Positions 25,921 through 34,623 of a DNA stretch of 58,684 nucleotides are shown one piece after another; the stretch's first letter is position 1, and every line of letters begins with the position of its first letter. The notes beneath the pieces are model-generated. The model made no database searches. It was not told where the DNA came from and was given only the letters and a program-made list of their open reading frames with translations. The stretch is from Eubacteriales bacterium (lineage in GTDB: Bacteria; Bacillota; Clostridia; Oscillospirales; CAG-272), in assembly GCA_045656325.1 (NCBI GenBank), contig JAZOQX010000074.1, positions 1 to 58,684 on the forward strand, given 5' to 3'. The translations under genes were made by a program, and so were the position numbers.

Positions 25921-27828
25921 TTACTTGGTAGGCAGCCAAGCGGCAATATGGGTGGTCCAATCCTTACCAGCCGACGCGTAATCGGTCAGAACGAAGGAGG
26001 AGCCGTCGGGAGACGGGAAGGTGCAACGGGTCAGGCAGGGGTTGTCGGGCAAAAACTCACAAGCCCCCTCCGCCTCGCAAGCAATGACCCCGTCCTCGTC
26101 ACGGCAAAATTCAAAGACGGAATGGGCATCCTTTCCCGTACGGGAGTCGATAGCAAGGACCAAGGGTCCTCTGGAAAGGGACACGTAACGGTCGTCCGCT
26201 TCCTCGTGCTTCACCACCACGGGACGCTCGGAGTTGTAGTGGGTATCGGTATAGATCACGTCGGTATCCCAAGCCATGGGATAGGTCTCCCGAATGGTCA
26301 TGTCAAAGGAAATCCCCACGGTCTCCTCGCCGTTCCACTCGCCCCTCAATACGGCATAGCCCTTCTCCTCCACACCGTCACCGCGGTCGGAGGTGATTCC
26401 CACATTCTCCGACCAAGCGGGCAGCCGCAAGCGAAGATCAAAGGAAACGGGAGCGTCGGTGGAAACGGTCAGACGAACGCTTCCCTCCGAGGGATACTCG
26501 GTATCAAAGGAGAGCCGAACGGCAACGCCGTCACGGTAAAGCAACACCTCTCCCTTTTCGTAAAAGTTCACGGTCACGCCTCTATCATCGGAAAGGACGG
26601 CGTTTCGCAAGAAGCTTCCCACGCCCGCGGCGCCGATGGAGGCGCAGCAACTATAAAAGGTCTTGTCCTTAAAGATGCGGAGTCCCGAGTTCTTCTTGCC
26701 CCGCTTATCGGGAGTCAGGGGACTGTAGCTGTCAAAGGGCAACGTCATATAAACCAGCTGAGAATCCGACGTTCCCACGCCAAAATCGCGAACCAGCTCG
26801 TCGGAAACCTTATGGTCGGTATTCAGCGCGCCGAGATAGGCGTTGTAGAAGGTCTGCTCCATGGCATCGGCAAAGACAGAATCCCCCGTCAGCTTCAAAA
26901 GCCTGCCGCAGAATTTCATCCAAGTCACCGACACGCAGTTCTCCTGACGGATCCCGTCCAACGCCTTGGCAGTCTGGCGAGCCTTCGAATGGTCAAACAT
27001 TTCGTGGGTCGCTCCGCAGCAGCCGATGACGGTCACGTCAGAATCCAGAAGCGCTCTGCCAAAATTTTCGGCGGCGACACGGTATTTCTCGATCCCCGTG
27101 ACGGCATAGTATTCCAAAAGTCCCTCAAAACAAGAGATCATTTCGTACGCCTTTTCTACGCCGTACTGGTACGGATAGATCTTATTTTCATACGCAAGCT
27201 CAAAGATATTATGCATATGGGAGCCGCCGTTTTCTACGATATAGGTGGCGAAATCCAGATATCGCTTCTCCCCTGTCAGTCGGTAGAGCCACGCCATCGG
27301 CTCCAGAATGGAGGAGGCGTTCAGCCCGAGCCAGCTGTAGCAGCAAAGCGTAATGGGCTTCTTGCCCTCGCTTTCCCGACCGATATGCGCCAGCACGTGA
27401 TCCGCGGCACCCTTCATGAAGGAGAGAATCTCCGACTTCAGCGCCTCGTCGCGGCAAACGTCGTAATAGTACTCCATGCCCAAAAGCACGTACTTACGGC
27501 ACCACACATCCCACGCGGTAAATTCAAGATCGCGGACGAAGGTGGATACCCGACCGTCCTCCTCGGCAACCGTCAGCATATCCCGCACCGAATCGGTCAG
27601 AAGCCCGTACAGCTCCTCGTCCTTGGTATATTCGTAGATCATCACGGCACCGCGCATGGTCTTGCCCCAATATTCTCCCCGCCAGCCGCGGTCAGATCCG
27701 TCGATCTTGTCACGGAACTGCTGAACGAAGCGTTTCCAAAGCACCGTGTCCTTGATCTGCTCCTTCATCAACCAGCGTACGGCTCCGTCCGCCGCACCCG
27801 AAAATTTCTTTTGCTTGACGCTTTCCAT
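25921..27828 (-). CDS. Glycoside hydrolase family 127-like (beta-L-arabinofuranosidase/DUF1680 type)
   Basis: 635 aa. Contains RQENCVSVTW and YSCCASIGAAG, which resemble the Glu/Cys Zn-site and Cys nucleophile motifs of GH127. Confidence 0.75.
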   Translation of the reverse strand: MESVKQKKFSGAADGAVRWLMKEQIKDTVLWKRFVQQFRDKIDGSDRGWRGEYWGKTMRGAVMIYEYTKDEELYGLLTDSVRDMLTVAEEDGRVSTFVRDLEFTAWDVWCRKYVLLGMEYYYDVCRDEALKSEILSFMKGAADHVLAHIGRESEGKKPITLCCYSWLGLNASSILEPMAWLYRLTGEKRYLDFATYIVENGGSHMHNIFELAYENKIYPYQYGVEKAYEMISCFEGLLEYYAVTGIEKYRVAAENFGRALLDSDVTVIGCCGATHEMFDHSKARQTAKALDGIRQENCVSVTWMKFCGRLLKLTGDSVFADAMEQTFYNAYLGALNTDHKVSDELVRDFGVGTSDSQLVYMTLPFDSYSPLTPDKRGKKNSGLRIFKDKTFYSCCASIGAAGVGSFLRNAVLSDDRGVTVNFYEKGEVLLYRDGVAVRLSFDTEYPSEGSVRLTVSTDAPVSFDLRLRLPAWSENVGITSDRGDGVEEKGYAVLRGEWNGEETVGISFDMTIRETYPMAWDTDVIYTDTHYNSERPVVVKHEEADDRYVSLSRGPLVLAIDSRTGKDAHSVFEFCRDEDGVIACEAEGACEFLPDNPCLTRCTFPSPDGSSFVLTDYASAGKDWTTHIAAWLPTK

Positions 27829-28016
27829 ACCGTTCTCCTCTTAGATGTATTTTTTATATTTCTGTCAAAAGAAGCCTATATCCTTCGGATTCATTATAAC
27901 AGATAGCCCCTATCTTTGCAATGAAAAATAAAAAAAACATTTGAAAAATCCATAAATGTTTGAAAAATGCGACGCCGTTGATCAGAAGCCCGAGGGATAC
28001 CCCTCATTCGCTTGTA

Positions 28017-28062
28017 ACAAAAAATCCCCGTGCAAGCGATCCCTTGGGAACCGTCTGCACGG
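28017..28062 (-). terminator. Terminator of the DUF378 gene
   Basis: Minus strand reads CCGTGCA...TGCACGG with an inner CCCAAGGG palindrome, followed by GGAUUUUUU. Confidence 0.6.
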
Positions 28063-28089
28063 AGAATATCGGTTCATAACGATTCTGCT

Positions 28090-28305
28090 TTACTCGTCCA
28101 TTGCATGGAACCGCTCTCTGGCGCGGAACAGTAAGGAAATACACCAAATTCCTGCCAGTGCTACGATCGTGTATACAATGCGTGCGCCGAGGGCGGTCTG
28201 CCCCCCGAAGATCCACGCGACCAGATCAAACCGAAAAAGTCCGACGCTTCCCCAGTTTAACGCACCGATCACGGTAAGGAGCAGCGCAATTCTGTCCATT
28301 ATCAT
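28090..28305 (-). CDS. DUF378-family small membrane protein
   Basis: MIMDRIALLLTVIGALNWGSVGLFRFDLVAWIFGG matches the DUF378 pattern. AGGAGG lies 6 nt upstream of ATG 28305. Confidence 0.8.
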   Translation of the reverse strand: MIMDRIALLLTVIGALNWGSVGLFRFDLVAWIFGGQTALGARIVYTIVALAGIWCISLLFRARERFHAMDE

Positions 28306-28423
28306 GTCCAATCCTCCTTTAAACGGGTTTCTCCGTTCGTCCTTAGTTTCAACCAAACCCTCGGTTCCATACCCCAAAAAAATCGGTAAATTTTCCAAAA
28401 AATTGTTTTTCCGCCGTTTTTTG

Positions 28424-28452
28424 TTGACGAATACGAAAGAGCGTGATAAAAT
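28424..28452 (+). promoter_or_regulatory. Sigma-A promoter for radC
   Basis: TTGACG, a 17-nt spacer, then TAAAAT. Confidence 0.55.
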
Positions 28453-28493
28453 ATAAATAGGAATATTTGGCTAACCAACGGAGACACCTTATT

Positions 28494-29222
28494 ATGATGC
28501 ATGACGGACACCGTGAAAGAATTCGCAAAAAATTTATGAACGGGGATTCCTTGGAGGATCACGAAATCCTTGAAATGGTTCTCTTTTCCTCCATTCCCCG
28601 AAGCAATACCAACGAATACGCCCATTGTCTGATCGAACGCTTCGGCTCCTTTTGCGGCGTATTCGACGCCAACGCAAACGCGCTCATGGAGGTGAACGGC
28701 ATTGGTCCCTCCTCCGCCTTTCTGCTTCGGCTCATCTCGGAATGTATCTCGCGCTACTCCCTGCAAAGGCAGGATACCCGCGACCTTCTGAACGATCGGG
28801 AATCGCTGATGGAATACCTGCGCGCCCTGTTTATCGGCTGTGATTACGAAAAGGCAATGATCCTCTTTTTCAACGCATCGGGACGGCTATTGGAGGTCTG
28901 CGAGTTGGGAGACGGAGACGTGAACCTCGTCCACCTTTCTCCCCGTCAGGCGCTTACTGCCGCCGCTCGCGTCAACGCCGCCTCAGCCGTACTGGTCCAC
29001 AACCATCCCGACGGCGTGCTTTTCCCCTCCGACAAGGATCTTGTCTCCACGCTGCAGATTTCTCAGGCGCTCTCTACCATTCACGTCAATCTGGTGGACC
29101 ATTTCATCGTCGCCAACCATCAATGCCGTCCTATTGACTATCTCAAGGAGGAAAAAAGGATTGCCGATCTTCCCCTTGAAAAGGAAAAGAGAGGAAGCGT
29201 CACCTTTCCGTCACATTTCTGA
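28494..29222 (+). CDS. radC: RadC-family JAB/MPN domain protein
   Basis: N-terminal HhH region (GHRERIRKKF, LMEVNGIGPSSA) and JAB motif LVHNHPDGVLFPSDKD. Confidence 0.85.
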   Translation: MMHDGHRERIRKKFMNGDSLEDHEILEMVLFSSIPRSNTNEYAHCLIERFGSFCGVFDANANALMEVNGIGPSSAFLLRLISECISRYSLQRQDTRDLLNDRESLMEYLRALFIGCDYEKAMILFFNASGRLLEVCELGDGDVNLVHLSPRQALTAAARVNAASAVLVHNHPDGVLFPSDKDLVSTLQISQALSTIHVNLVDHFIVANHQCRPIDYLKEEKRIADLPLEKEKRGSVTFPSHF

Positions 29223-29346
29223 TAAAAATTCACACAATTTTACGGTTTTTTATCAGAAAAATTAAAAAAATTATGGTACAATATATGATGAAGTATTTTA
29301 CGGGCGCATATGCGCGTCGGACGTAAATACCAAGAGGAGAATTCAT

Positions 29347-32300
29347 ATGTTAGAATTAAATCAAATCGTCAAGACCTACGTTACAGGTAACAATGAGGTA
29401 CACGCGCTGAACGGAGTAAGCCTCAAATTCCGCCGAAACGAGTTCGTTTCGATCTTAGGTCCCTCCGGCTGTGGCAAGACCACCCTCTTGAATATTGTGG
29501 GAGGACTGGATCAATACACCAGCGGCGACCTGATCATCAACGGTGTATCCACCAAAAAATTCAAGGCAAGGGATTGGGATACCTATCGAAACCATTCGGT
29601 GGGCTTCGTGTTCCAGAGCTATAATCTGATTCCCCACCAAAGCGTGCTTTCCAACGTGGAGCTGGCGCTGACTCTTTCGGGCGTTTCCAAGTCGGAGCGC
29701 CGCGCCCGCGCCATTCAGGCGCTCACCGAGGTGGGACTGGGAGATCAGCTTCACAAGCGTCCGAGCCAAATGTCGGGCGGTCAGATGCAGCGCGTCGCCA
29801 TTGCCCGCGCTCTGGTCAACAACCCCGATATTCTTTTGGCAGACGAGCCGACGGGTGCTCTGGACACCTCTACCAGCGTTCAGATCATGGAGCTTCTCAA
29901 GGAGGTCGCCAAGGATCGCTTGGTCATCATGGTTACCCACAACCCCGAGCTTGCCGAGGAATACTCCACCAGAATCGTCCGTCTGCGAGACGGTATGATC
30001 ATGGACGACTCGGCTCCCTTTGAGGGCGAGTCTGCCGTCACCGAGGAGGAAGCGCCCAAAGCAAAGGAAGCCCCCAAAAAGGAAAAGAAGGCGAAAAAGA
30101 AGACCTCCATGTCCTTCCTCACCGCCCTTTCCCTTTCCAGAAACAATCTGCTGACCAAAAAGGGACGTACCATTCTCACCTCCTTTGCGGGAAGTATCGG
30201 TATCATCGGCATCGCGCTGATCCTTTCGCTTTCCAACGGCATTCAGATCTTTATCGATCAGGTGCAGGAGGACACTCTGTCCACCTATCCTCTGACCATC
30301 AGCAAGACCTCCTCCGACTACACCGCCCTGCTCACGGCTATGACGCAGGTCGCCGAGGTCGATACCGACTCTCTGGATGAGAATATGATCTACGTGGACG
30401 ATTCTTTGGGTACCATGATGGGTGCCATGAGCGCCACGGTAGAGAACGATCTGACCGCCTTCAAGGCATATCTGGACGAGCATTACGACGAAATCAAGGA
30501 TTCGGTCAGCGACATTCAGTATACCTACGACCTGAATCTTCACATCTACTCCAACACCGAAAACGGAATCACACAGGTCTCCCCCACAACGATCTTTGAC
30601 AAGATGGGACCCACATTCCAGGGAATCGGCGAAATGATGAACAGCATGACCGAGACCATGGGCAGCTCCATGGGCGGCATGAACATCTTCACCGAGATGA
30701 TCGATAATCAGGAGCTTCTCAACCAGCAGTATGATCTGGTAGGCGAGGGCAGCCGTTGGCCCGAGAATCCCAACGAGGTGGTTTTGGTCGTCGGCAAGAA
30801 CAACACCATCAGCAAGATGGCCCTCTATATGCTGGGTATCGAAAATCAGGATGAATTAGAGGGCATCATGAATGACCTCATGTCCGAGGGAAAATACGAG
30901 GGCGATCACATGGAGCCGATCCCCCTGGAGGATTTCCTTGGCATGAAGTTCTACGTGCTGAACGCTTATGAGTTCTACGAAAAGGGTACCCGCAAAGAGG
31001 ACACCTACACCGTTGACGGCGAAACCTACTACAAATGGATCAAGAAGATCGACAATACCTCCGAGGGCTTCATTACCGAAAACGGAACCGAGCTTGTGAT
31101 CTCGGGTATCGTCCGTCCGAAACCCGGCATTACCGCAGGCTCTATTACGGGTGTGGTCGGATATACCCGCGACCTGACCAATCAGATGCTTGCCAACGCC
31201 GCTGAAAGCGAACTGATCCAGCAGCAGAAGAAAACCCCCGGATACAACGTGCAGACGGGTCTGCCCTTCGAAAGAACGGTCTACACCAAGGAAAACATCG
31301 ACGAGCTGATCGCAAAGGTAGATGCCTCCACCATGGAGCAGCTCTATGCATTTATGACCGCTCAGATCTTCAGCAACGAGGACTTTTTGTCCCGCTTCGA
31401 GGTCAATGAAACAAACTTCATTGGCTTTGCCGCCATCATGAATGCGGAGCAACAGAGCGATCTGATCCGCGCCATGCTTACTGCCGCGCAAGCAAATCCC
31501 GCCAACGCCATGAATCTGGAAATGCTGAGAATGGCGATCGCCACCTACAAGCTGGGTCCCGAGGGATCGGCTGTAACCCTGGAAAAGCTGTTGCCTCTCC
31601 TTGGAAACGAGGAGCGCCTGATGCTCATTAACGGCATTCCGAAAACCGAGCAATCTCCCATGGAGATCAAGGGCTTGAAGGATCTTTGCGACAGCACGAC
31701 CATGTCGAGCATTTACAGCTTCATGAACGAGGAGATCAAGAGCATGACGGTCAACAAGGAGACCTTCCCCATGCTGCTGAATTTCATGGGAGACGAGGAA
31801 TTTGCGATCCTTGAGGAAACCCTTTACGGCATGGCTCCTCAGATCGATGCGACCTATGAATCGGTCATGATCGAGCTTGGCGCCGCAGAAAAGGCAACCC
31901 CTGCCTCCATCAACTTCTACGCCAAGGACTTCGCCTCCAAGGATAAGATCGAGCAATTTATCAAGGATTACTCAGATGCGCAGACCGACGAGACCAAGAA
32001 GATCCAGTACAACGACATCATCGGAACCCTGATGTCCTCGGTCTCCACCATCATCGACGTGATCTCCTATATTCTGGTCGCATTCGTTTCGGTATCCCTT
32101 GTGGTATCCTCCATCATGATCGGAATTATCACCTATATTTCGGTGCTGGAGAGAACCAAGGAGATCGGTATTCTCCGAGCCATCGGAGCCTCCAAGCGGG
32201 ACATTTCCCGCGTGTTCAATGCAGAAACGCTCATCGTGGGCTTCATCGCAGGTCTCTTTGGCGTGGGACTGACGCTCCTGCTCTGCTTGCCCATCAATGC

Positions 32301-32466
32301 CATCGTCCACCTCTTGACAGGCATGACCAACATCAATGCCGTTCTGCCTTGGGGCGCCGCCATCATTTTGGTTGCCATCAGTATGTTCTTAACCTTTATC
32401 GCAGGACTGATCCCCGCAAGAGTGGCTTCCAAGAAGGACCCCGTGGAAGCGCTTCGCTCCGAATAA
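29347..32466 (+). CDS. Fused ABC transporter ATP-binding protein / FtsX-type permease (MacB-like) with a very large extracytoplasmic domain
   Basis: Walker A GPSGCGKTT, signature MSGGQMQRVA, and Walker B ILLADEPT. These are followed by a Lys/Glu linker, TM1, ~600 aa of soluble sequence, and a C-terminal FtsX-like 3-TM bundle. Confidence 0.85.
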   Translation: MLELNQIVKTYVTGNNEVHALNGVSLKFRRNEFVSILGPSGCGKTTLLNIVGGLDQYTSGDLIINGVSTKKFKARDWDTYRNHSVGFVFQSYNLIPHQSVLSNVELALTLSGVSKSERRARAIQALTEVGLGDQLHKRPSQMSGGQMQRVAIARALVNNPDILLADEPTGALDTSTSVQIMELLKEVAKDRLVIMVTHNPELAEEYSTRIVRLRDGMIMDDSAPFEGESAVTEEEAPKAKEAPKKEKKAKKKTSMSFLTALSLSRNNLLTKKGRTILTSFAGSIGIIGIALILSLSNGIQIFIDQVQEDTLSTYPLTISKTSSDYTALLTAMTQVAEVDTDSLDENMIYVDDSLGTMMGAMSATVENDLTAFKAYLDEHYDEIKDSVSDIQYTYDLNLHIYSNTENGITQVSPTTIFDKMGPTFQGIGEMMNSMTETMGSSMGGMNIFTEMIDNQELLNQQYDLVGEGSRWPENPNEVVLVVGKNNTISKMALYMLGIENQDELEGIMNDLMSEGKYEGDHMEPIPLEDFLGMKFYVLNAYEFYEKGTRKEDTYTVDGETYYKWIKKIDNTSEGFITENGTELVISGIVRPKPGITAGSITGVVGYTRDLTNQMLANAAESELIQQQKKTPGYNVQTGLPFERTVYTKENIDELIAKVDASTMEQLYAFMTAQIFSNEDFLSRFEVNETNFIGFAAIMNAEQQSDLIRAMLTAAQANPANAMNLEMLRMAIATYKLGPEGSAVTLEKLLPLLGNEERLMLINGIPKTEQSPMEIKGLKDLCDSTTMSSIYSFMNEEIKSMTVNKETFPMLLNFMGDEEFAILEETLYGMAPQIDATYESVMIELGAAEKATPASINFYAKDFASKDKIEQFIKDYSDAQTDETKKIQYNDIIGTLMSSVSTIIDVISYILVAFVSVSLVVSSIMIGIITYISVLERTKEIGILRAIGASKRDISRVFNAETLIVGFIAGLFGVGLTLLLCLPINAIVHLLTGMTNINAVLPWGAAIILVAISMFLTFIAGLIPARVASKKDPVEALRSE

Positions 32467-32533
32467 TTCCAATATATTCAATTCAAAGAAAGGCTCTGCC
32501 CCAAGCGCGCTTGGGGCAGAGATTCACTACGTT

Positions 32534-32953
32534 ATGGGAAAGATCAAAAACGCGTTGTACCGCTTTATGTACGGAAGATACGGCTCGGACACCCTCAATA
32601 AGGTACTGCTTTGGACCTATATCTCCTTGGTGATCGTTTACACAATCCTCTCCCTGTTTATCACCAATCCGCAGCTTGCCACCGCGCTTTGGCTGATCTA
32701 CACCGTCGCCAACATTTCGTTGGTCGTTACCATCGTCTTTCGTATGTTCTCCCGCAACATTCAAAAGAGACGGAGAGAAAACGAGAGATTCTGCGGCTTT
32801 TTTAAGCTTCGCCGCAATAAGTTCCGTGACCGAAAGACCCACGTCTATCACAAATGTCCCTCCTGCCGCGCCGTCCTTCGTTTGCCCAAGGCAAAGGGAA
32901 AGCACACCGTCCTCTGCCCCCGTTGCCGCCATCGGTTTGAGGTAAAAGGATAA
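32534..32953 (+). CDS. Small membrane protein with a C-terminal zinc ribbon
   Basis: Two TM helices, then CPSC...CPRC (HKCPSCRAVLRLPKAKGKHTVLCPRCRHRF). No clear Shine-Dalgarno sequence. Confidence 0.6.
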   Translation: MGKIKNALYRFMYGRYGSDTLNKVLLWTYISLVIVYTILSLFITNPQLATALWLIYTVANISLVVTIVFRMFSRNIQKRRRENERFCGFFKLRRNKFRDRKTHVYHKCPSCRAVLRLPKAKGKHTVLCPRCRHRFEVKG

Positions 32954-32974
32954 GGCTCATAGAGAAAACAAGAA

Positions 32975-33010
32975 AGAAATCCGTCGTGTTCCAACGGATT
33001 TCTTTTTATT
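32975..33010 (+). terminator. Intrinsic terminator
   Basis: AGAAATCCGT-loop-ACGGATTTCT followed by TTTTATTTT. Confidence 0.8.
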
Positions 33011-33083
33011 TTCCAACTTCCCCTTGCATATTTCAAGGAAACATTATATAATAGTAATGATTGAAATATTCGGAGTATGGACT

Positions 33084-34529
33084 ATGAAACAAGAAAAACT
33101 GATGCAATATATCGGCGGGCGCTCCTCTGCCATTCTCGGCTTGGGCGTATCCCACCTTCCTCTTGCCCGCCAGCTTATGGCGTTGGGGGTTACCTTGACC
33201 GTCCACGACAAAAAATCTCCCGAGGAATTGGGAGAGGATGCCTTGGCGCTGGCCCGCGCGGGAGTCTCCTTCGTAACGGGAGAGGGCTATTTGGATGCCC
33301 CTCGGGGGGATTTGATCTTCCGTTCCCCCGGTATCCGTCCCGACCTTGGCGGACTTCCCGCCGCGGTGGAAGCGGGGGCGGAGCTCACCTCGGAGATCGA
33401 GCTGTTTTTAAAGCTTACCGAGGCGGAGTGCTTTGCGGTAACGGGCAGCGACGGAAAGACCACCTCCACCACGCTGACGGGGAAATTTTTGGAAGCCGAG
33501 GCAAAGAGACGCGGCTTTGGAAAGGTCCTTGTAGGCGGAAATATCGGCGCGCCCCTTCTTGACCGGTTGGAGGAAACGGCACGGGGAGACCGCGCGGTGA
33601 TGGAGCTTTCCAGCTTTCAGCTGATGACCCTTGATACCGCTCCCCATCACGTTGCCATTACCAATATTTCTCCCAATCATCTGGACTGGCATCGAGGCAT
33701 GGAGGAATATATCGAAGCCAAAAAACGGATCATCGGCAAAAATACGCAAAGAGTGGTGACGAACGCCGACAACGAGGTGACCGCTTCTCTGGCAAGAGAG
33801 CTGATCGAAAAGGGTGAGAACCGTCCCCCCTTGATTCTCTTTTCCTCCACGAAATCCTCCTACCGCGAGATCTATTCGGAGGGATCTGCCCTCGGAGACT
33901 GCGCCGTTTACCAAAAGAACGGAGCCATCTGCTTTGACAACGGCTCCTGCGCCATTCCTCTTTTGGAGGTTTCCCGTATTCGGATTCCAGGAAAGCACAA
34001 TATAGAAAACTTCATGACCGCCATGGCGCTAACCTTCGGCTGCGTGGATCCCGCAGTCTACGGAAGGATCGCCGATGAATTTACGGGCGTGGAGCATCGG
34101 CTGGAATTGGTTCGCTCCATAGACGGTGTGGACTTTTTCAACAGCTCCATCGACTCCTCTCCCACGAGAACCGCGGCGGCATTGTCTGCCCTCCACGGAC
34201 GGGGCATCGTAGCGATCTGCGGAGGATACGACAAGAAAATTCCCTTTGAACCTTTAGCAGAAGCCCTTTGCCGTTCGGTCCGCGCCGTGGTCCTGACGGG
34301 AGCCACCGCCCAGCGGATTGAAGCGGCGATTCTCTCCTGTCCTGCCTACCGTGAGGGATCTCCCTTGATCCTTCGCCGCTCCGATTTTGAGGAGGCGGTA
34401 CGCGCCGCGGCGGCGTATGCCAAGAAGGGAGACTGCGTACTTCTCTCCCCTGCCTGTGCCAGCTTTGACGCGTTCAGAAATTTCTCGGAACGGGGTGAGC
34501 GCTTCCGCGCGATCGTAAACTCCCTCTGA
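33084..34529 (+). CDS. murD: UDP-N-acetylmuramoylalanine--D-glutamate ligase MurD
   Basis: VTGSDGKTTSTTL P-loop, GGNIGAPLL, LSSFQL and NISPNHLDWH. The start is set at ATG 33084. Confidence 0.88.
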   Translation: MKQEKLMQYIGGRSSAILGLGVSHLPLARQLMALGVTLTVHDKKSPEELGEDALALARAGVSFVTGEGYLDAPRGDLIFRSPGIRPDLGGLPAAVEAGAELTSEIELFLKLTEAECFAVTGSDGKTTSTTLTGKFLEAEAKRRGFGKVLVGGNIGAPLLDRLEETARGDRAVMELSSFQLMTLDTAPHHVAITNISPNHLDWHRGMEEYIEAKKRIIGKNTQRVVTNADNEVTASLARELIEKGENRPPLILFSSTKSSYREIYSEGSALGDCAVYQKNGAICFDNGSCAIPLLEVSRIRIPGKHNIENFMTAMALTFGCVDPAVYGRIADEFTGVEHRLELVRSIDGVDFFNSSIDSSPTRTAAALSALHGRGIVAICGGYDKKIPFEPLAEALCRSVRAVVLTGATAQRIEAAILSCPAYREGSPLILRRSDFEEAVRAAAAYAKKGDCVLLSPACASFDAFRNFSERGERFRAIVNSL

Positions 34530-34623
34530 CGTGCGGGAAAGTTTACAAAATTTGATAGAATCAGACGTAAAAATCTGCTACAATACGTGTATAAAAAGGA
34601 TGGAAGAAAGGATTTTTCAACAT

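Noticed and set aside
25948-27906. 652-aa ORF antisense to the GH127 gene. The same applies to 14701-16299, 4096-5388, 9190-10338, 10429-11601, 29455-30543, 30856-31956, 43447-44613, 45060-46061 and 54795-55874.
   Set aside because: All are mirror-frame ORFs of well-supported genes. None has an RBS, a plausible start context or a recognisable motif.
27956-28456. 166-aa plus-strand ORF across the GH127/DUF378 intergenic region
   Set aside because: It overlaps the DUF378 gene in antisense, starts in an AT-rich promoter region, and has no RBS or motif.
32494-32521. Strong hairpin CTCTGCCCCAAGC/GCTTGGGGCAGAG after the ABC gene, considered as an intrinsic terminator
   Set aside because: No U-tract follows it, so I did not call it a terminator. 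It may be an RNA-stability or processing element.
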